A stretch of DNA of 64,000 nt from the NCBI GenBank assembly GCA_964016885.1, contig OZ024745.1, forward strand, positions 41,788,001 through 41,852,000, written 5' to 3'. Positions 29,849 through 46,485 of the stretch are shown in pieces. The notes under the pieces are model-generated. The model ran no database searches, was not told the origin of the DNA, and worked only from the letters and a program-made list of their open reading frames with translations. The DNA comes from Eledone cirrhosa. Taxonomy: Eukaryota. The position numbers and the translations under genes were made by a program. How positions within the stretch are numbered: position 1 is the first letter of the stretch; each line of letters opens with the position of its first letter.

Positions 29849-29879
<31 letters not shown>

Positions 29880-29889
29880 CTATCTATAT

Positions 29890-30525
29890 TTTGCCGTTTT
29901 GTAATTTTCCCCTTCTTTTGTGCCCCTGTGGCTAATAAAGAAACATATCCATCTATCTATCTTTTGTGTGATAGCTGTGGCGAAAGAGGTTGTATGGTGG
30001 ACGAGGTTAAAGGGGCTGAGGTCAGACACCTTTCTCTCCGGCCAACAACTGATTCTTTTTTTTCAAATACCACTTTGGAAGAAGAATCAGGATGGGGAGA
30101 GAGGTGCTGTACCCCAGGATGGAGAGAGAGAGGTGCTGTACCCCAGGATGGGGAGAGAGGTGCTGTACCCCAGGATGGGGAGAGAGGTGCTGTACCCCAG
30201 CAAGTTTTATGAAAGGTGGGTGAAAGTGGCGAGAATGGCCCGAGTGAATGGGCCTTCTCTCTATATCAGCCTGTATGTTGAGGAAAAAGGAGGAAGAGAG
30301 GAAAGGGGTACTCACTCTTCGTACTCCTGGAGATGAGGGTTGCACATTTTTTTTCGGGGGTATGTGTTACCCTTATAAACTGTCTCCCTCTATTGGGGAA
30401 AATCGATTAATTTTTAAATTGCATTTGTGATAGTATTTTATACGTTTTTATTGTATGTAAACTTCCCCCTTTCTATTTGTCCCCTTCTTTTGTGCCCCTG
30501 TGGCTAATAAAGAAACATATCTATC
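29890..30525 (+). mobile_element. Two tandem 5'-truncated LINE 3' ends (L1/Tx1-like) in (TATC)n
   Basis: Identical CCCCTTCTTTTGTGCCCCTGTGGCTAATAAAGAAACATATC at about 29909 and 30481, each followed by (TATC)n; coding remnant WWTRLKG...FYERWVKVA between them. Confidence 0.6.
30088..30200 (+). repeat. 27-bp minisatellite x4
   Basis: CAGGATGGGGAGAGAGGTGCTGTACCC; second unit 29 bp. Confidence 0.95.
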
Positions 30526-30979
30526 TACCTACCTATCTATCTATGAATATAGCTATACATTTGAATTTACAAGCGAAGAAAAATGAACTCATTACATATA
30601 TAGCATGGTTTGTATGTAATATATATGTATGTGTCTATGTATGTATGTATGCATACATGTACACCCACAATCACATACACATAAATACATATTTGGCTGC
30701 CTGTTTGTATGTCTAACATTATATGTATGTTATACATGTATATATGTATTTATTTATCTATACACACACATGCACGCCCACTCAAATACACACACACACA
30801 CACACACACATACACACACACATACATGCCCACTCAAATAGACACACACACACACAGGCACAGGCACACGCACGTCCATCTACACAAATCCGTACACATA
30901 TATAACACACATACAAACGGGCGCATGCATGTTTATATGTATCTGTTCATATGATATATGTCCAATATATCTACGCCTT

Positions 30980-31200
30980 GGTGGTGGATTGGCAGTATCG
31001 GTAGAGCGTCAGACACCATGCTTTGCAGCACAGAGTAATGGCCCTTTACGGTCTGAGTTCAAATCCCACCGAGGTTAACTTTGCCTTTCATCCTTACGGG
31101 GTTCGATAAAATAAACTACCAGTAACGTACTGGGGGTCGATTTAATCGACTTTCCCTTCCCCCAAATTACTGGCCTTGTGCCTATACTAGAAATCAATAT
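30980..31200 (+). mobile_element. Nin/Deu-domain SINE, full length
   Basis: Core present; TSD CTACGCCTT on both sides. Confidence 0.85.
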
Positions 31201-31699
31201 AACTACGCCTTATACAGAACTCGACTTTCATGTTCGTACTCGTATTCGTCCATCTTTATTAATATTTTCCTACTATCTCAGAAAGCAACATCAAATGTAA
31301 ATTCCTCCAGTTGGCCATTGACCTTAAGGTTTGGGGACCTAAGGTTTGGAGTACGAAGCGTAGAAGTGCTAAATGTTTCTATTGTAGACATTCAAGCCAA
31401 AAATCTTTCTACCAGCTAGAAATACATAGTATTTAGATTTCACTCTAATCCCACCTACTGTTATAATTGATGATGTATTCTTAGATACATTATGCTTTAA
31501 TGAAAAAAAAAGAAGTTAGGATAATTTCTGATCCAGTGTAAACAATGAAAACAACAACAGAAACGTACTTAGATAAATGTTCGCTGAATAGGAAGTCAGG
31601 CTTTCTCGTGTAACTTTCACTCATTAACACGTACCTAACCATAACTATAAAACAAAGTGAACTGAGGAGACAAAATTTAGAAATAGTCTGCCCAAATAA

Positions 31700-31910
31700 T
31701 GGTTTCTGATTTAGGCACAAACCAACAGTTTTGGAGGAAAGGGGAAGTCGATTAAATCGACACAAGTGCGTTACTGGTACATTAATTTATCGACCCTGTA
31801 AGGATAAAAGGCAATGCTAACATCAGCGGGAATAAACTCAGAATATAAAGGGCTGTAACTCTTTGCCACGAAGCATGTTGTGCAACGCTCTACCGATTCT
31901 GCCAATCCGT
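31700..31910 (-). mobile_element. Nin/Deu-domain SINE, diverged
   Basis: Homologous to 30980-31200. Confidence 0.7.
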
Positions 31911-32194
31911 GTCTGTCCACACAATACAAAGAGATTTGGCTAGTAGATCTGAACTCCAGACACATGAACAGATTAGTCCAATAGTCATATCTTCTTTTGT
32001 CGCCTCACATCGTACAAATTTAAACGCTGACGTTAAGATTACACTGATCTCCTGACATGCTAGTCAAGTTTCCTGATATGTTTAATTAATTATGTGTGTA
32101 TTATGTATATACATGTTTATAAATAATGGAATGCATGTATACACACATACATGCATATTCATATCCATACGTACACACATACACACGCACTAGC

Positions 32195-32242
<48 letters not shown>

Positions 32243-32299
32243 TATATATATAATATGTGTGTGTGTGTATGTATATATATATATATATATGTGTGGTCT

Positions 32300-32896
32300 G
32301 ACTTGAATACTGTTGTCCACTGTGGTCTCCCCACACGAAACAAAGTATCATGAAACTTGAAGCTCCCCAAAGGGCAATCACGAAAAAGATAGATGGCATG
32401 TCAGACCTTGACTACTGGGGTCGACTAGAAAAGCTGAAACTTTACTCACTCCAACGTCGCCGTGAGTGTTATATTATCTGCATGATGAGGAAAATATTTC
32501 ATCAGCACTGCCCAAATGATGTTGGCATCACCTTCAAAATACACCCAAGGCTTGAGGCCCGTGCTATCCGTCCCAAACAAAAATCTAAATCGCAACTCAT
32601 AACAACAATACGGCACAATTATTTCACCTCAATTGGCCCTGCTCTCTTCAACATCACACCAGGACACGTCAAAACAGAAACTGACCACAAAACATTCAAG
32701 AAGTCTTTGGATAAATTCCTCCAAGTTATCCCGGACAAACCACCCACACCCGGATATGTCTCCGCAAACAGTAATTCTCTTATCGAATGGGCCATGGTGC
32801 CCAAATCCTGAATTGAAAGACTTCGCCAGGTGGTGCTATTAAGTTAGACATGGCCTGGGCCAATACTGGCCAAAACATTTCAAAGTTATTCAAAGT

Positions 32897-32897
<1 letters not shown>
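32300..32897 (+). mobile_element. 5'-truncated CR1-type LINE
   Basis: LEYCCPLWSPH...LEAPQRAITKKI...YWGRLEKLKLYSLQRRRE...FKKSLDKFL; short repeat tail TTCAAAGTTA x2; inserted in (TA)n. Confidence 0.88.
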
Positions 32898-32942
<45 letters not shown>

Positions 32943-33046
32943 GTACATATACATATATATATATAATATATATATATACATATATATATATAATATATAT
33001 ATTTATAATATATATATATATACCTATATATATACATATATATATA

Positions 33047-33089
<43 letters not shown>

Positions 33090-33100
33090 ATATATATATG

Positions 33101-33147
<47 letters not shown>

Positions 33148-33149
33148 CT

Positions 33150-33365
33150 AGTCGATCGACTTTCGTCAAATCGGACCGAGGAAACTATGTTTCCGTTGGT
33201 CTTTCCAATTGCTAATACTATCTATCGGTCGCAACTCCAGGTAGAAGGAGCAACGTGAAATAAAGTGTCTTGCTCAAGGACATAACGCATCGCCTGGTTC
33301 AGGAATCGAACTCACAACCTCACGATTGTGAATCCAATACTCTAACCACTCAGCCACACGCTTTC
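33150..33365 (-). mobile_element. tRNA-headed CORE-like SINE
   Basis: Homologous to 12418-12634. Confidence 0.85.
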
Positions 33366-33381
33366 ACATATATATATATAT

Positions 33382-33738
33382 GTGGATGGGTGCTACACGA
33401 GAATGTTGAGGATGGCTCTGAACATTAATCAGTATACACTGAGGATGAAAAACTCAGAGTTGTATGAGAGCATCCCAAGAGTCAGCTCAAAAGTGACACA
33501 GAGGAGACTGAGGTTGGCTGGACATGCTCACCGACATCCGGAGTTGACATTGCACTCAGTGCTCCTTTGGGAGCCCCTACATGGACACACTAGAAGAGGA
33601 AGACCAAGGTTTACATATGTTGATGCCCTAAGGACAGACACTGGTCTGTTGGAGATGCAGGATATGGCAGCGATAATGAGGGACAGAGACCGCTGGAGAA
33701 AACTCGTCCATGGATCTCGGGAATTTTACCCGCCTTAG
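33382..33738 (+). pseudogene. Inverted duplicate of the LINE 3' end
   Basis: Reverse complement of 34672-35028 with 6 substitutions counted; followed by the same (TAGA)n/TA tail. Confidence 0.95.
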
Positions 33739-33770
33739 ATAGATAGATAGATATATATACATATATATAT

Positions 33771-33805
<35 letters not shown>

Positions 33806-33872
33806 CATATATACATATATATAATATATATATAATATATATATATATGATATATGATATATATATATATAC

Positions 33873-33906
<34 letters not shown>

Positions 33907-33910
33907 GATA

Positions 33911-34002
<92 letters not shown>

Positions 34003-34029
34003 CATATATATACATATATATATATATAC

Positions 34030-34062
<33 letters not shown>

Positions 34063-34089
34063 TTTATATATATATATATATATATATAC

Positions 34090-34122
<33 letters not shown>

Positions 34123-34168
34123 CATTTATATATATATATACATATATATGCATATATATACATATAGT

Positions 34169-34218
<50 letters not shown>

Positions 34219-34276
34219 ACTATATGTATATATATGTATATATATATGTATATATATGTATATATATATATAAATG

Positions 34277-34307
<31 letters not shown>

Positions 34308-34334
34308 GTATATATATATATATATATATATAAA

Positions 34335-34367
<33 letters not shown>

Positions 34368-34396
34368 GTATATATATATATATATGTATATATATG

Positions 34397-34482
<86 letters not shown>

Positions 34483-34486
34483 TATC

Positions 34487-34520
<34 letters not shown>

Positions 34521-34544
34521 GTATATATATATATATCATATATC

Positions 34545-34575
<31 letters not shown>

Positions 34576-34656
34576 ATATTATATATATATTATATATATG
34601 TATATATGTATATATATATATATATATTATATATATAATATATATATATGTATATA

Positions 34657-38087
<3,431 letters not shown>

Positions 38088-38152
38088 CATTTATATATAT
38101 ATATATATACATATATATACATATATATATATATACATATATATACATATAG

Positions 38153-38191
<39 letters not shown>

Positions 38192-38248
38192 TTATATATA
38201 TATACATATATATACATATATATATATATACATATATATACATATAGT

Positions 38249-38399
<151 letters not shown>

Positions 38400-38406
38400 G
38401 TATATA

Positions 38407-38494
<88 letters not shown>

Positions 38495-38516
38495 TATATA
38501 TATGTATATATGTACA

Positions 38517-38710
<194 letters not shown>

Positions 38711-38898
38711 ATGGATGAAAAAATCAGATAAGTGAGGATGTATGCCAATAACATTTCGAACTTTTTCCCTAATCAGCAAGATAGGATGTTACATTTTATC
38801 ACTGATATAATACGTAAACGTATTTAAGAATTAAACTTTGCATAAGTAAATCCGATGAGTAGCGTGGATGTGGTGATATAGAGCATATAAATAATAAT

Positions 38899-38933
38899 TG
38901 TTTCTATATTAGGCACAAGGCCAGCAATTACCC
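38899..38933 (-). mobile_element. Severely truncated SINE 3' end with TSD
   Basis: AGAGCATATAAATAATAAT duplicated at 38880-38898 and 38934-38952. Confidence 0.75.
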
Positions 38934-38956
38934 AGAGCATATAAATAATAATGCAC

Positions 38957-38996
<40 letters not shown>

Positions 38997-39091
38997 CGCG
39001 TGTGTGTGTATAAAAAAAATATGCATAGTCGATATATTGGTCCTTTACGCTGGTGAGCAATGGTCTAACTGGTTTTTTCCGCCTCCAATAT

Positions 39092-39122
<31 letters not shown>

Positions 39123-39702
39123 ACACACACACACACACACATACACATATATATAGCTGTCGAAACGGTCGGAGCTCAACTGTCGGGGACCTGACTCTTT
39201 TCATATATATATATATATATGAATGAATATATATATGTGTGTGTATATTTGTTTGTTTGTGAGTACGTGTGTACGTGAGTGTGTGTATATATGTATATAT
39301 GTATGCATGTATATAAATATATGTATAGCTGTTTGTGACATGTAGGTATATCAATATTTTATAGATGTACATAAAACCTAAAAGATCGCGGAAGTAGGCC
39401 GTTTATTGGATTAGCCTTAAATTCTTAGACGTTCATTAAGGTTACGATAGCTACTTGTACATAGAGGAGTTTACACACATGCGCACATGCATCCAAATGT
39501 TCTATTACAACTAAGTTGGAATCTTGTTTAAGTTTAAGCAACTGAATAGTCTTGGAAATGCTATACATCCACTGAAATTCTTAAGAATATTACGCATTTT
39601 ATTTTTTCAGCTCTAAAAGTAAAATGTTGGCGCACACTAATACACACACATATACGCACACCTACACACATATATGTTTACGTGTGTGTGTACGCGTGTG
39701 TG

Positions 39703-39911
39703 CAGGGTTGGATTTAGACCTTCAGAGGCCCCTCATACACACAAAAATTAGAATACACATCAACCCCCCCCCCCCCCAACTTTACATATCCTAAAGCTAA
39801 ACGTCCCAGCTTAAGGCACAAATAAATTACTACAGCCGTTTATGGTGAGGGCTCCGCAATGCTGGAGCCCTGGGCAATTGCCCCCTTTGCCTCCCATTAA
39901 ATCTGGTCCTG
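39703..39911. mobile_element. hAT-type MITE
   Basis: TIRs CAGGGTTGGATTTA / TAAATCTGGTCCTG; 8-bp TSD CGTGTGTG / CGTGTATG. Confidence 0.75.
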
Positions 39912-40588
39912 CGTGTATGTATGTGTGTACACATAAATACTAAAAGTAGTAAATTAAGGGGAAATAATTCAAATAAATCAATATAATTTAGAATATTCAG
40001 TACTGAATGATGGATGAAAAGTTTTAAAGAAAAAAAAAGGATATAGTGATAATTGTTAGTGACTCTCAAGAAAAAGGGCAGATAAGTTCGAAAAATTAAC
40101 ATAAATTTGACAGAAAGTTGAATTTTGATGCATAGGAAAAATCAAATTTGTTTTTAGCAGGAAAGGTGAAACGGATGACATAAATGTCACATTAAAAAGT
40201 GTCTTTATGTCCTTTTAAAACAGGACCCCATGATATGCTTCATATCCATCATACGATTCCTTTCGAGGCATTGTTTTACAGGCGGATACCATTTCTGGTG
40301 GTAAGCTTTTCAGTTACCTCTTACAACATGTAAGGATACGGCGTACTTATTTCAAATCGGTATTGAACATGAAGTATCTATGTATTGAATTAAAGTATAT
40401 TTATTTGGGTGTAAACACAGATTGAATGATGCATAAATGTTTACATTTCCTCAAAGTGAAATAAAAGTACACATAAAATAGAATAAACATAAGAAACCTT
40501 TGTAGGAAGATCAGTTTCTCACATTTCAACAATATTTACATACATGGGTATATGCACATTATATAAGTATTCAATAGGGCATGCATGA

Positions 40589-40651
<63 letters not shown>

Positions 40652-40734
40652 CACACACATGCCGAGTTAAATCAGGTATTCAATACACTAGTAGAATGTA
40701 AACATCATATTTTATATAGAGAGGGCTGTTAAAA

Positions 40735-40795
40735 GACTAGAACTGTTTCATTCGTATGAAATAATCAGATTCATACGAATGAAACAGTTCTAGTC
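40735..40795. repeat. Fold-back of family C hammerhead module
   Basis: Perfect 26-bp arms; minus strand reads CTGATTA-TTTCATACGAAT-GAAAC-AGTTCTA-GTC (core mutated). Confidence 0.8.
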
Positions 40796-40834
40796 CTGTA
40801 GGAGCTATCTCTCTCTTTATATATATATATATCA

Positions 40835-41330
<496 letters not shown>

Positions 41331-41432
41331 AACGGGTGGGGCTTGATGGGGCACGCATGATAACTCAAATAATGTGTGTTCTGTTATTATTTCTGGCAAT
41401 ATTATTACAACAATATGACCCTCCCCAACTAT

Positions 41433-41502
<70 letters not shown>

Positions 41503-41509
41503 GGATATG

Positions 41510-41810
41510 TGGATATGTTGGACTGCAGTGGTAGATATCTACAAATAAGAAATGCCATGATCATGGGATAATTCAATGAGAGCTGACAAGAACAACCTGG
41601 TAGTGTTTGAGGCCCTACATGACCATTCAAGACACTAGAAATAGTATCCGAATATTCAAATCACACCCTCTTCTGTCTTAAAATTAGACATATTATATAA
41701 TGCAGTCCAACCTACATTATAGTGAAAACAAAATGGTGTGTTCATAGCTGGAACGTTTTTAATCATAGGACCTCTGGATCAGGGATGACTGATTCTAAAC
41801 AACAACACCA
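41510..41810 (+). mobile_element. Diverged SINE with (AAC)n tail
   Basis: AAATCACACCCT...TCATAGCTGGAACG...TAAACAACAAC; related minus-strand remnants near 22950-23130 and 46900-47100. Confidence 0.55.
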
Positions 41811-42566
41811 AAAACAACATGAACAACAACAACAACAACATAAAAGCAGTCACGTAATCCTTATCGGATTCTGTTGGATCTCCACTGAAGTCTTCGGCAT
41901 CATGTAATGTATTAAATGTTTGACCAGATGGAGCATGTCTTTCTACAGTCTATTGACTACAGCCGGAAATGGCAAGTATAAGGAGTAAGCGAAGCGAAAT
42001 GCTCAACACTGTACCGTGATGTACTCTGCTTCCTGCAAGCTCACAACCTTCAAGACAAAGAAAGACTTACTGACGCACGCACATACGCACTTACACACAT
42101 ACACGCACTTACGCACATACACGCACAAATGAAAGCATACAGAGATACGGTTAGTACAAAGAAGATACAGTACTTAATATAGAGTAAACACACACCCACA
42201 CACACGCATACACACACATGCACGCCCACTCAAATACACACACACACACACACACACACACAGAGACACACACACACAGGCGCTCGCACGTCTATCTTCA
42301 CAAATCCGTACACATATATCACACACATACATACGGGCGCGTGCATGTATATATGTCTTCACTATATATATATATACTATTCCTTGCAAAATATCTGAAT
42401 ATATGGTTACAATTACATCAAACGTGATATTTAATAACGTCTACATACTTATGAAATGGAACTAGTATATATCTATTTCTCTATGTATGTATATATGTAT
42501 GTATATATGTCTGGATGGATAGATGGACGTTCGCATGCATGCAAGTGTGTACGTTGGCATTGTGTA

Positions 42567-42633
<67 letters not shown>

Positions 42634-42663
42634 AAATCAAAAGATGTTTAAAAGAGTTCCATG

Positions 42664-42734
42664 TATTTTATTATGCGCATTTCAAAAACAAATATCATCA
42701 TGGGATGATATTTGCGTTCTCATCAGATAAAATA
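42664..42734 (-). ncRNA. Minimal type-I hammerhead ribozyme (family B) in a TA-flanked module 42628-42861
   Basis: TATTTTAT-CTGATGA-gaacgCAAATATCATC-ccat-GATGATATTTGttttt-GAAA-T-GCGC-A-TA^ATAAAATA. Confidence 0.85.
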
Positions 42735-43907
42735 GGGAGACATGATATGAAGCTTAAAAAACACTTGCGAGCAGTGAAGTGTTAAATCAACAACTGTGGA
42801 GTGCTACTTATCCGATATTTGCATTGCTTTATTGTGCTACAATAAAACTCACCTTCTACGTATATATATATATATACATATATTTGAAATGTGCATGCCC
42901 CAGCGTAAAAGACCATCATAATAGTCAATCACTATAACTATAGAGACTAATTTAAAACAACGACTGGTGAATAAACTAGGATATCATGCAATATCAATAA
43001 AATACAGTTACTTGTGGGAAATGTGTGATGGTGTGTAAGCCTGTAAAACCAAGTAATTATGCGAAGACAGTGTTAAGCAATGTTACAACAACCTGGAAAT
43101 CGAACCCGCATCGCAGAGACAGCTTTCCGGATCTTCACATCACTATACAGTATTTATAACGGCTAAAAAAGCAAAGATGGAGAAACTCAGAACTGGAAAA
43201 AGAACAGACTGAAATAGTTTCGGAAGTCGTTTCGTTTTCCGGTTGTTGCCAATTCACTGCATTTCACTGCATTCCATTGCATTTCATTGGATTTCACCAC
43301 TTACTAATACTTCTGAATATCACTTGAATGGCACACACAGTAAATATGCAGGCGTGTTTACATATCAATAATATATTAGTAGGTATATCCCCTTATCCTT
43401 GGAGTATTCCTCTAGTCATGAAATTTCATAAATAGTTGAATCTTTTAACTGCTTTCCCATGAATATAAATAGAATCGCCACTCACCATATACAACAGATT
43501 TTTATAGAAATAAAGCTGATGTTATATAAATGGAAGAATCAATATATCGCAAGCCGAAGAAATCGATTTGTTGCACTGTTATGTGATCGGTTATATGATT
43601 TATACAGATAGATTTGAAGCACTATTCAGTTAAGCCTTGTTTGATAACAAGAAATATATTTGAAATCAGACATTTACATTAAAACACATACATGTAGCAA
43701 TCGTATGTCAAGACCCAAACGCTCATACACCTCATTAGCAGATGCAGGGACATTTTGATATTATACATTGCTCTATAAAACTCGTAACAGAAGATAATAT
43801 TAGAAACAATATAGAGTATTTCATGTTGTGAATTTTCTAAATATCAAGCACTACATTGATAACCAAGAATTACAGTCCCGCGAGCAAATATCTAAAATAC
43901 TTAAAGA

Positions 43908-44087
<180 letters not shown>

Positions 44088-44383
44088 GTATATATTGTCT
44101 GTAAAGCATCCATTCCCAAAGTAGGATGCTAGTAATAATTTCTTACACTATGTACAAAGCCATGCATTCAAAGGGGTGACTATAGTCGATTATATATTTT
44201 CAGTATATCAATGTTATTTATGCTTTCAGACGCGGAGCCTGGGTTTAGGAAAATAAAATTTGGCTCCGAAGAAAATTGAACTCATGTATTTTGTCCACTG
44301 ACCTACTGATTTTCTTTACCTAGGTGACGTTTGAATTTAGAATGTAGAGAGATAAGATACGAAATATTGATTTCTAATTTAGG

Positions 44384-44578
44384 TAAATATAGTAAAGGAA
44401 TTTAGCAAATATTAATTTCGCCTGTTTATCAAAAACATGTCTCTTTGATTAGATATAATAAAGAGTTGGGCCTGCTCGGTGATATTTTTAACAGCTGCGG
44501 TATTATAACTGTACTAAGGTAGCATAATAATTTGCCTTATAAATTAAGGCTAGAATGAATGGTTTGACGAAAATTAAT
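44384..44578 (+). pseudogene. rrnL: NUMT: mitochondrial 16S rRNA fragment
   Basis: Exact 16Sar primer site CGCCTGTTTATCAAAAACAT at 44419-44438, then GCTGCGGTATT, TAAGGTAGCATAAT, TGAATGGTTTGACGA. Confidence 0.93.
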
Positions 44579-45441
44579 CAGTAAATTTAGAGGAAAGGCA
44601 ATGTTGATTAAATTAGTCAGTGTACATCGACCCCGGAACGATGGAAAGCAAAGTTGTCGTTGGCGGGATTTGAACACAGAATGTAAAGAGCCAGCTCAAA
44701 TAATTAAATGGCATTTATCCCTCCACCTCATGATACGAAATATTACAAAACATTTGGTTTGGCGCATTACAGTCTCTAGCATTTAATTCTTAAATGTCTG
44801 ATAATAAATAACCTCTTTTGCGCAGAGTGTATTCATTAACTGTCATTTATCTATTCCAATAGATTTGAAAATAGCATTGCAAACCAACAAATTACACCTC
44901 TGTTTCTGTTAATTCTCAGCTTCCTCTTTTCTTGCTCATTTTTTAATGATATATGTAGAGCTGTGACTCAACATCTTAACACTCTTCCCCAGGCACCGAA
45001 TGCTCAGCTGTGTAATTGTTGTTTTATCCACTATACCACTGAAATAATTTCTACCTTTTATTGTAATAATTAGTCACCATTCATTAGAAATTTTTTTAGA
45101 TAATGAATTCAAACATGTATGGAATTGGAAACAAAATGAAATTTCTTCACTGTCGAATGGTGAGCACTTATTAAATGAGAAATGTCCAGAAGTCTGATAG
45201 AAACTTCCCATGTGAGTCGGGCTGATATTTGCTATTGGTCTTTAGTTTGAATTTCTCTCAACAAAGTTTTCTGATGGGTCGTGAAGTGATAGTCTATAAA
45301 TGTTATTTGATGGTTTTATTTATGTGTTATCCATGTAAATAGATGTAATCATAGAGTACAAAACGTAGGGGCATGACAGAAACAGAATTCAAAACATGTA
45401 GATATGATAAACAAACAAATAAACATTTGATCAAATCTTAC

Positions 45442-45631
45442 TTGTCATAGTCGACTTTGCAGTATAGTTTTCGGTCTCGACAGAAACAAGACACAGATAG
45501 AGGTATATGGCACATTGAACACTGTAAACAATGTTCATGCCACGAGTTTTCCATCACCTTCAGAAGAAAACGATCTTCAATAGGACGGTGACATCCTGCA
45601 CACATTTCCTTCGCAGCTGAGGGCATCCTTT
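45442..45631 (-). CDS. Lmx1: Internal coding exon: first LIM domain of an Lmx1-type LIM-homeobox factor
   Basis: [53 protein letters not shown]; acceptor TTTTTTAACAG, donor GTAAGA; phase 1 / phase 2, 190 nt; SWHE.CLQC and [10 protein letters not shown] match LMX1A/B. Confidence 0.9.
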
Positions 45632-45949
45632 CTGTTAAAAAATATTAAAGATCCATGTATTTACTCATTTAATACCATCATATTTACAGTTAAAACTTTC
45701 GTTTCTCGATTTGGTTGTTTCAAAATAAATTTCTTGAAATATATTTCTTTCAAGTTCAATTTTATTTCTACTTGACAAAAGATATCTTTAAGCAATGTTT
45801 TATATAAATATGACATGATGATTTTTTTTAAAGGAGAGTATTACTTAACCTATTTAAGTAGCTTGTTTTTAGAGATATACAGAATGAAGACCAAACGTTA
45901 GCGCTTATGATTTCACAATTGAAAACAATAAATTAATACACACACACAC

Positions 45950-46054
<105 letters not shown>

Positions 46055-46084
46055 ACCAAGGGATGTCGGCTTATATATATATAT

Positions 46085-46416
46085 TTTTCTGTCCTACACC
46101 GTCTTTTTTCTTGAATGTGTGACGAAAGAACTATTAAACTAACCAACTAGAAATGTATTATATATTCAAGTGAAAACAAACAAGTGTGTGTGTTTTTATT
46201 GGCAGCATAATCCTCCCGAAGCATAACTATATATATATATATATATAATATATATAATATATATATATATGTAGTTATGCTTCGGAAGGATCACGCTGCC
46301 AATAAAAACACACGCACTTGTTTGTTTTCACTTGAATATATAATACATTTCTAGTTGGTTAGTTTAATAGTTCTTTCGTCACACATTCAAGAAAAAAGAC
46401 AGTGTAGGACAGAAAA
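46085..46416. repeat. Fold-back inverted repeat with (TA)n loop, 145-bp arms (family E)
   Basis: Arms 46085-46229 and 46272-46416, 5 mismatches counted. Confidence 0.92.
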
Positions 46417-46442
46417 GTGGAGAGACACAAAATAAGAAATTA

Positions 46443-46485
46443 GTCACTGAGGAGGTCACATAATTTGTGACAAAATAGCTTTGAC
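46443..46485 (+). ncRNA. Degenerate minimal hammerhead (family E)
   Basis: GTCA-CTGAGGA-gGTCACA-taatt-TGTGAC-AAAA-TAGC-TT^TGAC; G12 mutated to A. Confidence 0.6.

Noticed and set aside
30088-30200. Possible CRISPR-like array
   Set aside because: Head-to-tail repeats without spacers, eukaryotic context, no cas genes
38735-38780. Minus-strand CTGATTA...GAAA hammerhead-like string
   Set aside because: Core mutated, weak stem II, no stem I
44384-44578. Functional rRNA gene
   Set aside because: Only about 195 bp of mitochondrial 16S embedded in nuclear repeats
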